Shown one piece after another: positions 1-9,993 of a DNA stretch of 64,000 bases. A model generated the notes under the pieces. The model saw only the letters and a list, made by a program, of their open reading frames with translations. It did not search any database and was not told the DNA's origin. Origin of the DNA: Spirochaetia bacterium (GTDB taxonomy: Bacteria; Spirochaetota; Spirochaetia; CADAEX01); contig OY759746.1 in the NCBI GenBank assembly GCA_963662795.1, positions 2,720,001 through 2,784,000 of the forward strand. Direction: 5' to 3'. The translations under genes were made by a program, and so were the position numbers. Within the stretch, counting starts at the first letter, position 1, and each line of letters opens with the position of its first letter.

Positions 1-1116
1 AGTATTTACTGTAATATCCCAGCTTTCCTCCCATGATAAATTTTCAACATCAAGAAGAATTCTCATGAGTTCCGCGATTCCAATCGCCGGATGTGTATCA
101 TTAAGCTGTACCGCTACCTTGCCGGAAAAGCGGGAGAAATTATTTCCGTGAGTTTTTTTATATCTTCTGATTATGTCCTGCAGTGTCGCTGAAACAAAAA
201 AATATTCCTGTTTGAGTCTCAGCTCCTTACCTTCAAAAACATTATCATTGGGATAGAGCACCTTTGAAAGTGTTTCTGTTACAACCTTGTCTGAAACTGC
301 CTGTTCATAGTTGCCGTGATTAAAATAATCAAGCTCAAAATCCCGTGTGGATTTTGCAGCCCACAGCCTCATGTTGTTTACAGTATTGTTGTCATAGCCT
401 GGAATCGGTACATCGTAGGCCATGGCCATTACCTGGGTCCCCCCTTCCCATCTGCAGTGATATTTGCCGTCCTGGTCATTATATTCATTCAGGTAACCGT
501 AGAAAGTAACAGGATAGAGAAACTCAGGCCTTGGAATTTCCCATGGATTACCGTATCGGAGCCAGGGGTCAGGCGCTTCAACCTGATAGCCGTCAATAAT
601 TTTCTGAAAAAATATTCCGTATTCATATCTTATTCCATAGCCGTACGCCGGAAGCTCAAGTGTTGCCATGGAATCGAGAAAACATGCTGCAAGCCTTCCC
701 AGTCCTCCGTTCCCAAGCCCAGCGTCATACTCAAGCTCCTCTATTTCATTCAGGTCAAGACCGAGTTCAGAAACAGCCTTGCTGATCACATCATGCATGC
801 CTAGATTTATTATTGTGTTTGTAAGGGTTCTTCCCATAAGAAATTCAAGAGAAAGGTAATAAACTCTTTTGGCACCCTTGTTATAGTATGTCTGCTGTGT
901 CTCGATCCATCTCTCGAACAGGAAATCTCTCAGGGTCATTGCGAGACCGTTAAAAAGGTCAAGTTTTGTAGCACTGTACTGATCCTTGGCGAGAGAATAC
1001 TTAAGATGGGTCAGCATCGATACCTTTACCGATTCTGCGTCTTTATGTTTGAGACTGTCAAAGTCTATATCTGCCTTTACTACAGCTTCTGTACGCGGAC
1101 TATTTTTAAGTGCCAT
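1..1116 (-). CDS. glgP: Glycogen/starch phosphorylase, 5' part (runs off window)
   Basis: Not in ORF track. Manual minus-strand translation from ATG at 1116 (SD GAGG upstream) gives MALKN...[14 protein letters not shown], then the phosphorylase motifs [39 protein letters not shown] and VQLNDTHP. Confidence 0.93.
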   Translation of the reverse strand, partial: MALKNSPRTEAVVKADIDFDSLKHKDAESVKVSMLTHLKYSLAKDQYSATKLDLFNGLAMTLRDFLFERWIETQQTYYNKGAKRVYYLSLEFLMGRTLTNTIINLGMHDVISKAVSELGLDLNEIEELEYDAGLGNGGLGRLAACFLDSMATLELPAYGYGIRYEYGIFFQKIIDGYQVEAPDPWLRYGNPWEIPRPEFLYPVTFYGYLNEYNDQDGKYHCRWEGGTQVMAMAYDVPIPGYDNNTVNNMRLWAAKSTRDFELDYFNHGNYEQAVSDKVVTETLSKVLYPNDNVFEGKELRLKQEYFFVSATLQDIIRRYKKTHGNNFSRFSGKVAVQLNDTHPAIGIAELMRILLDVENLSWEESWDITVNT

Positions 1117-1328
1117 TTTTTACCTCACCTGTATATTCTATGTCTACAATTGAAAGTCAGCAAGATTATTTTTATTATATATAAAAGAATAATACCTGAT
1201 TATCAGTAAAAACCTTACCTGAAAATATTGAGTTTTAAAGGCAGCATATTAAATATTTTGCTCTTGATGACAAGAAATGCTTATATTTAAAAGAAAAATG
1301 ATTGAAGGATGAATTACGAGGTGTTTTT

Positions 1329-2117
1329 TTGAGCAGAACAGCGGTTATTACAGGCGCAAGCAGCGGAATCGGGCTTGAACTTGCCGGCCTTATGGCTTCT
1401 GACAGGATTAATCTGGTGCTTGCCGCCCGAAACAGGGAAAAACTTGAAACAATCAGGGATAATCTCACCGAAAAATACGGGATAGGGGTAACAATAATTC
1501 AGATTGATCTCTCTGATGAAGCTTCTCCCGATGAATTATTTGATGAAATAAAAAAATCAGGGTTGCAAATTGATTATCTGATAAACAACGCGGGCTTTGG
1601 AGATTACGGCTTGTTCATTGAATCAGATCCTGACAAATTGAGCAGGATGATAGATCTCAATGTCAAAGCCCTTACAAAGCTCACAGGACTATTTGCTCCC
1701 CTTATGGTTTTACGGGGAAGGGGAGCTATAATGAATGTGGCCTCTACCGCGGCTTTTCAGCCGGGGCCTCTCATGGCTGTTTACTATGCTACAAAGGCCT
1801 ATGTACTGTCCTTTTCCCAGGCCCTCGCAAAAGAGCTTGAAGGAAGCGGCGTTACCGTGACAGCGCTCTGTCCGGGTGCGACTGATACGGGATTTAAATC
1901 CGCGGCAAATCTTGAAGGCTCAAAGCTGTTAGCCGGGAGAAGAATTGCAGCTGCACGGGATGTTGCAAGGTACGGCTACAGAGCTATGCTTAAGGGGAAA
2001 AGAATTGCAGTACACGGATTATTAAATAGAGTGCTTGTTTTTTCTGTAAAACTGATGCCTTCATCTCTTGTAACAGATTTTGTCATGAAAATTCAGGACC
2101 GGCGTAAGGCCGAATGA
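1329..2117 (+). CDS. Short-chain dehydrogenase/reductase (SDR)
   Basis: TGASSGIG Rossmann motif, NNAG and YYATK catalytic motif. Start refined to TTG 1329 after GAGGTG SD (track start 1302). Confidence 0.9.
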   Translation: MSRTAVITGASSGIGLELAGLMASDRINLVLAARNREKLETIRDNLTEKYGIGVTIIQIDLSDEASPDELFDEIKKSGLQIDYLINNAGFGDYGLFIESDPDKLSRMIDLNVKALTKLTGLFAPLMVLRGRGAIMNVASTAAFQPGPLMAVYYATKAYVLSFSQALAKELEGSGVTVTALCPGATDTGFKSAANLEGSKLLAGRRIAAARDVARYGYRAMLKGKRIAVHGLLNRVLVFSVKLMPSSLVTDFVMKIQDRRKAE

Positions 2118-2361
2118 CTGTGGACATATTAAAATCTGACCATTTTGCAGTAAAAATCAATTTCAAGGGCATAATTTTAAGTTTTTCAAACGTCAGTGCG
2201 CCATATTGCAGGGCGTTTAATAGTATGATAGTATATATATGAAATTAGTAAAAATTATTCGGTTTGGATTTTAGCCGCAGTTACTAATAAGGTTTGCAAA
2301 GTGCGGCTTATTTCTCCACGGATTCCCACCTGTATACCCGAATCAATGATAAGGAACATTA

Positions 2362-4281
2362 ATGAAAAAATTACGATTTAACGAACTCCCTCTCTCCGGC
2401 CATATTCTGAGCGCGGTAGAAGAAATGGGCTTCGAAGAAGCATCCCCGATTCAGTCGGAGACAATTCCGATAATACTGGAAGGACGGGATGTTATAGGAC
2501 AGGCTCAAACCGGCACAGGAAAGACTGCCGCGTTTGCCATACCTATTATTGAAAAACTCACTCCAGGGTCGAGAGAACTTCAGGCGCTTGTCCTGTGTCC
2601 GACCAGAGAACTTGTTATGCAGATTACAGAAGAGTTCCGCAAACTCATGAAATTCATGGGAAGTGTTTCAGATGCATCTGTTGTTGCCGTATACGGCGGA
2701 CAGGAAATTGACCGGCAGTTTAAAGCCTTAAAGAAAAAGCCGCTCATTATTGTCGGAACACCGGGGCGGATGATGGATCACATGAGGCGCGGGTCAATAT
2801 CCCTTACCCCTGTATCGATGGTTGTCCTTGATGAAGCAGATGAAATGCTTGACATGGGTTTCAGGGAGGATATCGAGTATATCCTGGGAGAAACTTCTCC
2901 GGACAGGCAGACTGTAATGTTCTCCGCCACTATGTCAAAGGATATCCTTTCCCTTACCAACAGGTTCCAGAAAGACCCTGTTGTAATCGATGTAACAAGC
3001 CAGAAAATAAATGCTCCGATAATTGACCAGATGTCATTCGAAATCTCTGAAAGATCAAAGCCGGAGGCAGTTGCAAGGCTGATTGATTATTATGATATAA
3101 AGCTTGCCCTTATTTTCTGCAATACAAAATCAAAAGTTGACGATCTTGTAGAGGTTCTGAAAACCAGAGGCTACTTTGCTGAAGGACTTCACGGAGATAT
3201 GTCGCAGAAACAGCGTGAGAAAGTAATGGCAGGATTCAGAACCGGAACTGTTGAAATACTTGTAGCAACTGATGTTGCAGGCCGCGGTATCGATGTCAAC
3301 GATATAGCTGCTGTATTTAATTATGATCTGCCGAGGGATGATGAAGATTATATCCACAGGATCGGAAGAACAGGCAGGGCAGGAAAAAGCGGAAGATCTT
3401 TTACCTTTGTTACAGGCCGCGAGGTCTACAACCTCAGAAGAATTGAAAGATCCAACGGGATTAAAATCGCCCGCGGCACAATTCCTACAATTGATGACCT
3501 TGACAGCACAATGATAAAAAGCTACAGCGAGAAAATTAAGGTTCTGGCTGAAAAAGGCTCTCTTTCACGCTATGTGAGGATTGTTGAAAGCCTTATAGGC
3601 GATGATTATACATCACTTGATGTTGCTGCTGTTCTTTTAAAGCTTGCGATGGATGGAAAAAGCGAAGGGTATGACGACACCCAGACATTTGAACCCCAGT
3701 CAGCCAGAAAAAGCTACGACAGGGACAGGTCAGGTTCAAGAAGCTCTTCAAGGGGAGGCTCAGGGAGCACCTCATACAATCGCAGCGACCGCGGAGGCGA
3801 CAGGGGCAGGGATTCAAGACGGGGGTCCGGGCGTGATTCGGGAAGCGGTTCCGGGCGTGATTTCGGCCGGGATTCAAGAAGAGGCTCTGGCCGCGATACC
3901 GGCAGAAACAGCAGCGGCAGCAGCCGCGAAGGCGGCAGGTTTCCCGGACACGGGAGCAGCCGTGACAGAAGCCGCGATAGTAATCGCGACAGCAGGCCCA
4001 AAAGCATAAGCTCCAAAGGCCGGGACACCAGTGAAAACACCTCCGGATTTCCGGGCTGGGCCGCCGATAACCGTGAAAGATTCGCAGACAGGGACAGCAG
4101 GTCCTCAAGGAAAGAGAGCGGCAGCGGCGGACGCAGTGAACGCAGCGAAAAACCGCGAAGCGCATCAGGCAGGAAAAGCGGCAAGGATAATGCCGGAGAT
4201 AAATGGTGGTCAACCTTTGACAAGGGCTCGAAACTCATCAAGGCCGGTTCAGATAAAAAGAAGAAAAAAAGAAAAGACTGA
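2362..4281 (+). CDS. deaD: DEAD-box RNA helicase (DeaD/CshA-like) with long R/S/G/D-rich C-terminal tail
   Basis: Q motif, AQTGTGKT, PTREL, TPGR, DEAD, SAT and HRIGRTGR motifs; the last ~190 aa are low complexity. Confidence 0.9.
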   Translation: MKKLRFNELPLSGHILSAVEEMGFEEASPIQSETIPIILEGRDVIGQAQTGTGKTAAFAIPIIEKLTPGSRELQALVLCPTRELVMQITEEFRKLMKFMGSVSDASVVAVYGGQEIDRQFKALKKKPLIIVGTPGRMMDHMRRGSISLTPVSMVVLDEADEMLDMGFREDIEYILGETSPDRQTVMFSATMSKDILSLTNRFQKDPVVIDVTSQKINAPIIDQMSFEISERSKPEAVARLIDYYDIKLALIFCNTKSKVDDLVEVLKTRGYFAEGLHGDMSQKQREKVMAGFRTGTVEILVATDVAGRGIDVNDIAAVFNYDLPRDDEDYIHRIGRTGRAGKSGRSFTFVTGREVYNLRRIERSNGIKIARGTIPTIDDLDSTMIKSYSEKIKVLAEKGSLSRYVRIVESLIGDDYTSLDVAAVLLKLAMDGKSEGYDDTQTFEPQSARKSYDRDRSGSRSSSRGGSGSTSYNRSDRGGDRGRDSRRGSGRDSGSGSGRDFGRDSRRGSGRDTGRNSSGSSREGGRFPGHGSSRDRSRDSNRDSRPKSISSKGRDTSENTSGFPGWAADNRERFADRDSRSSRKESGSGGRSERSEKPRSASGRKSGKDNAGDKWWSTFDKGSKLIKAGSDKKKKKRKD

Positions 4282-4329
4282 TTTCCTGTGTTAAGGGGCT
4301 CGATCTTAATTAACTCATTAAGTGTGAAC

Positions 4330-4359
4330 AGGCTGCCTGTAACCAGGGCAGCCTTTTTT
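4330..4359 (+). terminator. Rho-independent terminator after the helicase
   Basis: AGGCTGCC...GGCAGCCT stem followed by a T-run. Confidence 0.75.
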
Positions 4360-4383
4360 AAAGCTCAAGCCGAATATTTACTG

Positions 4384-5121
4384 TTATTTCATCTTCCTTA
4401 TTCTGACTTCAATTGCCTTGTCGTTTCCAAGCAGTCTGACAAGTTTTGATGTGTCTGTCTCTCCGAAGTGGTAGGGATAAAGGATTGCTGGCTTTAATGT
4501 ACGTGCTGCTTCTGCCGTCATTTCAGGAGTCATTGTATAGGGAAGGTTCATGGGCAGAAAAGCGCAGTATATATCTTTCAGTTTTTTCATCTCCGGGATA
4601 TTTTCCGTATCGCCCGCAATATATATTTTTTTATCGCCGAAGATGAGTATATAACCGTTTCCCTCTCCCTTTACATGAAAAGGCTGTCCGCTGTCCCTTT
4701 TGTGTACTATGTTATACGCAGGTACAGCTTCGATATCAATGCCTTTGAAGGAAGTTTTATCCCCGTTTTTCATTACCATGCCGCCTCCCAGTGATTCAGC
4801 ACAAATGGATGTCAGGATCAGTTGTGTGTTCTTTCCCTGAATACAGGCCAGGGCTTTCTTGTCAAGATGGTCTCCGTGGTGATGCGTTAAAAGGATAAGA
4901 TCCGCTTTCGGCAGCTTTGAATAATCTGCTACCTGGCTGTAAGGGTCAATATGAAGTACCATGCCGCTGAATTCCATCATAAGAGTGCCGTGGCCGAGTA
5001 ATGTGATAACAAGATCTCCTTTTGAAGTTTTAATAACATCCTGTTCGTATCCCGACTGCGCAAATACAGAAGGAGTGCTTAAAACTGAAAATGCCAATAA
5101 TCCGTACATTACTTTATACAT
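4384..5121 (-). CDS. Secreted MBL-fold metallo-hydrolase
   Basis: Signal peptide; THHHGDH, AGDT and PYH motifs. Confidence 0.85.
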   Translation of the reverse strand: MYKVMYGLLAFSVLSTPSVFAQSGYEQDVIKTSKGDLVITLLGHGTLMMEFSGMVLHIDPYSQVADYSKLPKADLILLTHHHGDHLDKKALACIQGKNTQLILTSICAESLGGGMVMKNGDKTSFKGIDIEAVPAYNIVHKRDSGQPFHVKGEGNGYILIFGDKKIYIAGDTENIPEMKKLKDIYCAFLPMNLPYTMTPEMTAEAARTLKPAILYPYHFGETDTSKLVRLLGNDKAIEVRIRKMK

Positions 5122-5187
5122 AATCTAATTCTCCTTTTTGCATTTTAAATAACTGCACCTCTGTCCCCGGCCTGTAGAAAGATTTAT

Positions 5188-5568
5188 TTAAAAATCAACA
5201 GCTGCGACAGCATCAATTTCAATCAAAAATCCGTAATGAAGCTTCCCTGCAGGAACTACCGATCTTGCCGGCTTATGACTGCCGAAAAAATCTGCATAAA
5301 CTTCGTTTACCCTGCTCCAGAGTGAAATATCTGAAATGTATACTGTTGTTTTAATTACTCTTTCAGTTCCGCTGCCGGCTTCTTCCAGTATTGCCTTCAA
5401 ATTTGAAAGCGCCTGCCTTGCCTGATCCTCTATTTCACCTGTAATTTTTTCACCTGTACCGGGAACGACAGGCAGCTGGCCTGAAATGTAAATCAGGCCG
5501 CCGTGAACAACCGCCTGGGAGTAGTGGCCTGCGGGGGAGGGCGCTTTATCTGTGTAATATGTTTTCAT
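5188..5568 (-). CDS. ridA: RidA/YjgF family enamine/imine deaminase
   Basis: YSQAV, SGQLP, PARS and IEIDAVA motifs. Confidence 0.88.
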   Translation of the reverse strand: MKTYYTDKAPSPAGHYSQAVVHGGLIYISGQLPVVPGTGEKITGEIEDQARQALSNLKAILEEAGSGTERVIKTTVYISDISLWSRVNEVYADFFGSHKPARSVVPAGKLHYGFLIEIDAVAAVDF

Positions 5569-5728
5569 AATTTAATTTTATACCGAATTTTTCTGATGTA
5601 AAGTTATATTATTGTTTTTAGAAATAAAAAATAACGGAATTTTTATCAATTAATCAGCAATTTTTATTAAATGAAATATTAACATTGATTAATAATATTT
5701 AAACAAACATTTTTTAATATAAAAGTAT

Positions 5729-7501
5729 ATGTTAAACGATAAATGGCTAAAGGCCGTCGAGCGTCTTGATTATGCTTTTCAACCTATTGTCAGCTGCTAT
5801 ACCGGAAGAACCTATGCAGTTGAGGCATTAATCAGAGGTACTGAAAATGCTGGTTTTGAAGACATCAGTGACTTTTTTGACAAAGCTCATGAGGAAGGGT
5901 ATTTATCTAAAATTGATTATTATCTTCGGGAAATGGCAATAAAAAAATTTGTTAAAATACCATTTTACAGAGAGATCAAGCTGTTCTATAACTATGATCC
6001 ACGTATTATTGAAATGCCTGATTACAGAAGCGGGGAAACAGAAATTATTTTGTCTGAATATGGTCTTTCCAGTAATGCACTGTTTTTTGAATTGACTGAG
6101 AAATATTCAGTCAAATCTGTCGCTAAATTACGTACATTTTTAATCGGATTAAAAAAGAGGGGCATAAAAATTGCGCTGGATGATTTTGGTTCCGGGTTTG
6201 CCGGACTTGAGCTTTTATATCATTCCGAGCCTGATCTGATTAAATTTGACCGGTTTTTAATATCCGGGTTAAACAGTGAAATTAAAAAAAGAAATTTCTG
6301 TTCACACATTTTAAGTCTATCAAAAAGTTTAAGCATAATTAATCTTGCAGAGGGAATTGAGAATGAAAATGAATTGATAACATGCAAGGATCTTCATTTT
6401 GATCTGATACAGGGGTTTTTCATTGCCAGACCGACTTGTAATATCGATGAGTTATCAGATTTATATCCTCATATAGCAAATTATCAAAGTAAAAGAAAAC
6501 AAAATTCAATTGAATCACTTATCGAAAAGGAAGTTACTAAAATAACTCCGATAATTATTAATGAAAATATCAAGGATGTTGTAGAAAAATTCAGGAATAA
6601 TCATGATATTAATTTTTTGCCGGTTGTTGATTCAAATTATTATCCGGTAGGAATAATAAATGTAGAACCGCTAAAAAAATATCTTTTTCATCCATATGGA
6701 TATTCTTTGATATCAAATCCGGCTATAGGCATTATAGATAATTTTATTTATAAATGCCCTGTTGCTGATATCAAAACCAAAGAAGGAGTTCTGTTAAGCA
6801 TTCTTGCCGGCAATCAGGCATCACAAGGGATTATTATTATAAAAGAATTAAAATATTATGGTTTTCTGACTGTTGCATCATTCATAAATATCATGAATGA
6901 AAAAAAAATGTATATTGCTCGTGAATCCAATCCTCTTACAAGGTTACCGGGAAATAATATTATTAATGATAATATACAAAGTATTATAAATAATAATGCA
7001 AATGAGTTTATTCTGGCATATTGGGATCTTGATAATTTTAAGCCTTTTAATGATAAGTATGGATTCAGACAGGGAGACCGGGCAATACTTTATTTTGCGG
7101 ATTTGCTCCAGACAAACATCAATATGGAAAATTCATTTGTAGGACATATCGGCGGTGATGATTTTTTTACAAGTTTTGATTTATCTGGTACATCCGAGGA
7201 AAGTGTTCTGATAATTATACAGAAAATAATTCATGAATTCACTGAGTCAATAGCATCTATTCATAGTCCTGAAGAATTTTCAAATGGGTATTATTTATCA
7301 AAAGATAGAAATAATCATATGCGGAAAATACCTCTTTTAACTGTATCATGCGCATTAATAAAAATTAATCCATTTGTCGGCAGAATTACTGTTGAAAATA
7401 TCAGCGAGTTTATGTCAGGGATTAAGAAAAAGGCAAAAAAATCGCAGTCTAAAATTGCCTATGCAAGTGTCGAAGAAATAGTCCCGGTCTGCCATTTATA
7501 G
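5729..7501 (+). CDS. EAL-CBS-GGDEF c-di-GMP turnover protein
   Basis: FQPIV, EAL and DDFGSG motifs; CBS-like middle region; DLDNFKPFND and GGDDF motifs. Visibly AT-richer than its neighbours. Confidence 0.88.
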   Translation: MLNDKWLKAVERLDYAFQPIVSCYTGRTYAVEALIRGTENAGFEDISDFFDKAHEEGYLSKIDYYLREMAIKKFVKIPFYREIKLFYNYDPRIIEMPDYRSGETEIILSEYGLSSNALFFELTEKYSVKSVAKLRTFLIGLKKRGIKIALDDFGSGFAGLELLYHSEPDLIKFDRFLISGLNSEIKKRNFCSHILSLSKSLSIINLAEGIENENELITCKDLHFDLIQGFFIARPTCNIDELSDLYPHIANYQSKRKQNSIESLIEKEVTKITPIIINENIKDVVEKFRNNHDINFLPVVDSNYYPVGIINVEPLKKYLFHPYGYSLISNPAIGIIDNFIYKCPVADIKTKEGVLLSILAGNQASQGIIIIKELKYYGFLTVASFINIMNEKKMYIARESNPLTRLPGNNIINDNIQSIINNNANEFILAYWDLDNFKPFNDKYGFRQGDRAILYFADLLQTNINMENSFVGHIGGDDFFTSFDLSGTSEESVLIIIQKIIHEFTESIASIHSPEEFSNGYYLSKDRNNHMRKIPLLTVSCALIKINPFVGRITVENISEFMSGIKKKAKKSQSKIAYASVEEIVPVCHL

Positions 7502-7518
7502 TTTTTTAAATACATTAA

Positions 7519-8331
7519 TTAATAATACATAAATATTCTGATTATATCTGCGACTCCTGATTCAGTATTTGCAGGAGCAACAAGTCCTGCGATCTTTTTC
7601 AGGGCATCATGTCCGTTTCCCATTGCGACTCCCATGCCTGCTTTTTCAATCATTTCGAAATCGTTGAGATTATCTCCGAAGCACATGACTTCCTCAATGT
7701 CAATTCCGAGATGTCTGGCCAGGAATTCAACAGCAGTCCCCTTGTTTACCCCTTCAGGGAGAATCTCAAGGTACTTTTTATTTGACCGCACTATGGCAGG
7801 CAATCTGGGACATAATTTTTCATATTCCCTTAAATAACCGGCAAAGAGAAGATCGTCACCTTCATCGTCATTTCCTGCGAATAGAATCTTGTTTACACGG
7901 GAGAGGTTTACCTCTGACATGTCGGCTGAGAGGTTGGGAAGAATTCCTTCCATTTCAGCGTGTATTTTGATGTTCTCTGTATAATCGGGAGTGTATCCTT
8001 CATTGTCTGAATAAAAAATCACTGAAACCGGACAAGTTGACAGCGCTTTAAGCGCCGATTCCGCCTGCTCACGGCTAAGGTGCTTTTCGTAAATTGTCCT
8101 GTTATCTTTAAGGTCGATGATTTTGGCGCCGTTATAGAGGATCAGGGGCAGATCAAGCGAAAGTTCACTGTGGATGGCGCGGGCTGTTTTTTCAATTCTC
8201 CCTGTAGCAAGTGAAAAAAGTCCTCCGGCGGCTCTGAATTCGGAAACAGCTTTTCTGTTTTCCTCTGTAATCTTATGGCTGTTGTCAAGGAGTGTTCCGT
8301 CAACATCGGAGATTATAAGTTTATATTTCAA
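7519..8331 (-). CDS. Cof-type HAD-IIB hydrolase
   Basis: DVDGTL, ATGR, KG and GDNLND motifs. Confidence 0.9.
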   Translation of the reverse strand: MKYKLIISDVDGTLLDNSHKITEENRKAVSEFRAAGGLFSLATGRIEKTARAIHSELSLDLPLILYNGAKIIDLKDNRTIYEKHLSREQAESALKALSTCPVSVIFYSDNEGYTPDYTENIKIHAEMEGILPNLSADMSEVNLSRVNKILFAGNDDEGDDLLFAGYLREYEKLCPRLPAIVRSNKKYLEILPEGVNKGTAVEFLARHLGIDIEEVMCFGDNLNDFEMIEKAGMGVAMGNGHDALKKIAGLVAPANTESGVADIIRIFMYY

Positions 8332-9217
8332 TTGTGTATTTTTCCGCTATCATTTTTTCCACATCTCCCCTTGTCCTGTCAAACGGGCCTTCTTTTTCCA
8401 TTTTAAGGCTTGCTAGGGCGGCTGTCCAGATTACTGCCTTTTCTGGCGGCATGGAAATCCTGCACCCGGAATAAGTGGAAATGCAGGTATCGCCCCTGCC
8501 GCTTCTTCCGATAAGTTCTTTCGGGTGGAATTCAGTCTCAAAAAAATTGCGGCCGTCGTAGATAAGTATACCTGATTTATGAGTCAGCACTATCTCGGCG
8601 GGTCCCATTGCCTTAAGTATCTTTGCGGCTTCGTGCCGGTCTTTTGTCCCTGTCATGAATTCCGCTTCCGCGATATCAACCTTGAAAAAATCAACCATCG
8701 GCAGAATTTCTTTCTGCTCTTTCCACTGTTCATATTTAACTGTATTTCCGTAGACAACCCTGACAAATCCCTGCACATCAAGCGCAAGGTACCTGCATCT
8801 TTCTTTCATGGCTTTTATAAATGCTTTATTCATTTCACCGAGAAATGAGGGGGCAGCAATAAATACTTTTCCTTTTATATCTTTGATATCGCTTACTTCG
8901 AAATGTTCCGCAACGCTTGTAACCGTGAAAATCCTTTCATCAGGGTTTTCTGTCGGATAATCCATTTTAAGGCATGTTGATTTTTCTGTAAAAACCGCTT
9001 TGGTTTTTATACCGGATTTTTCAAGTTCATCAACTACATGGGAATCTTCTTCCGCAAGGCGGGTTACGGCAAGTACGTCAAGGCCGAGTGCATGTGTCGC
9101 ATGGGCGCCGTAGTTGAAACCGCCTCCGTCTACGATGCGTGTACCCCCTTTTAAGGTAACAATTGTATCTTTTGTGTAGTGTCCAATATGAACTGCATCA
9201 TATTCTTTGTTCTGCAT
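8321..9217 (-). CDS. PfkB-family carbohydrate kinase
   Basis: GGG, DVQG, and GRSGRGD anion-hole variant. Start refined to ATG 9217 after GGAGG; overlaps the HAD gene, so probably one operon. Confidence 0.8.
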   Translation of the reverse strand: MQNKEYDAVHIGHYTKDTIVTLKGGTRIVDGGGFNYGAHATHALGLDVLAVTRLAEEDSHVVDELEKSGIKTKAVFTEKSTCLKMDYPTENPDERIFTVTSVAEHFEVSDIKDIKGKVFIAAPSFLGEMNKAFIKAMKERCRYLALDVQGFVRVVYGNTVKYEQWKEQKEILPMVDFFKVDIAEAEFMTGTKDRHEAAKILKAMGPAEIVLTHKSGILIYDGRNFFETEFHPKELIGRSGRGDTCISTYSGCRISMPPEKAVIWTAALASLKMEKEGPFDRTRGDVEKMIAEKYTIEI

Positions 9218-9355
9218 GATAATCCTCCGTTGCCGGTACATTTATTTGTAAAAAAGCCGAGAATTGATAATAGTTAAATGATGCTGAATTGTAAATACTT
9301 CTGTATTAAATAACTTTTTCGGCCGGAGATATATATTGATCAGCCGTCAGGTTTG

Positions 9356-9799
9356 TTAATAATCCGTATTTTCGGAATTCATCAGCGATGATAGTCTCTG
9401 GACCGTGCTTAAAAGATAACCGCTCTCCCACTCATCCAGTGCACTGATTTTTGCAATAAATTCATCTGCAAAAAAAGAAGGATTGTTTGCCAGGATACTT
9501 TCGCTTTTTTCTGTAAGCGTAATGTATTTGTTCCGTTTATCAGCCGATCCTTTTGTAACAATTATACAGTCTGCTTTTTCAAGCCGGGATAAAATATCTG
9601 TTACTGTCGCCTGCCGCAGCGAGGCTTTTTTTGCTATCCCTGAAATTGTTATATCACCGTAAGATTTTATGATTCTCAGAAGAAAAATCTGGGATCCTGT
9701 AATCCCGTAAAGCTTGAGCAGTTTTTTGGAATGAATATCCATGGATTGTGTTATTTTTCTAAGTGATAAATACATCTTTAAAAAGTGATCATCATTCAT
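9356..9799 (-). CDS. MarR-family regulator (EctR-like), divergent from ablAB
   Basis: GIT..Q, wHTH T...L.RLE and DKR motifs. Confidence 0.85.
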   Translation of the reverse strand: MNDDHFLKMYLSLRKITQSMDIHSKKLLKLYGITGSQIFLLRIIKSYGDITISGIAKKASLRQATVTDILSRLEKADCIIVTKGSADKRNKYITLTEKSESILANNPSFFADEFIAKISALDEWESGYLLSTVQRLSSLMNSENTDY

Positions 9800-9851
9800 T
9801 ACCTAAATATAGATTTTAATTAACCTGTTATCAATAGATTTTCTGAAGGTA

Positions 9852-9896
9852 TTGACTTTTCTTAATAAGAGGGTATAATATATAGGCAACTATGTA
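9852..9896 (+). promoter_or_regulatory. sigma70 promoter of ablAB with adjacent candidate MarR operator
   Basis: TTGACT(9852)-16 nt-TATAAT(9874); pseudopalindrome TATATAGG-CA-ACTATGTA at 9879-9896. Confidence 0.55.
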
Positions 9897-9993
9897 ATAA
9901 AAATATGTTAAATACTTGTGTGAGAACAATATAAATATAATTAAGAGTGATATAAATAGTGTATACTAAGTATATAATTCAATAGGAGGACAG

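Noticed and set aside
316-1468. Track ORFs 316-804, 668-859, 1006-1209 and 1235-1468
   Set aside because: Shadow frames of glgP and the SDR gene.
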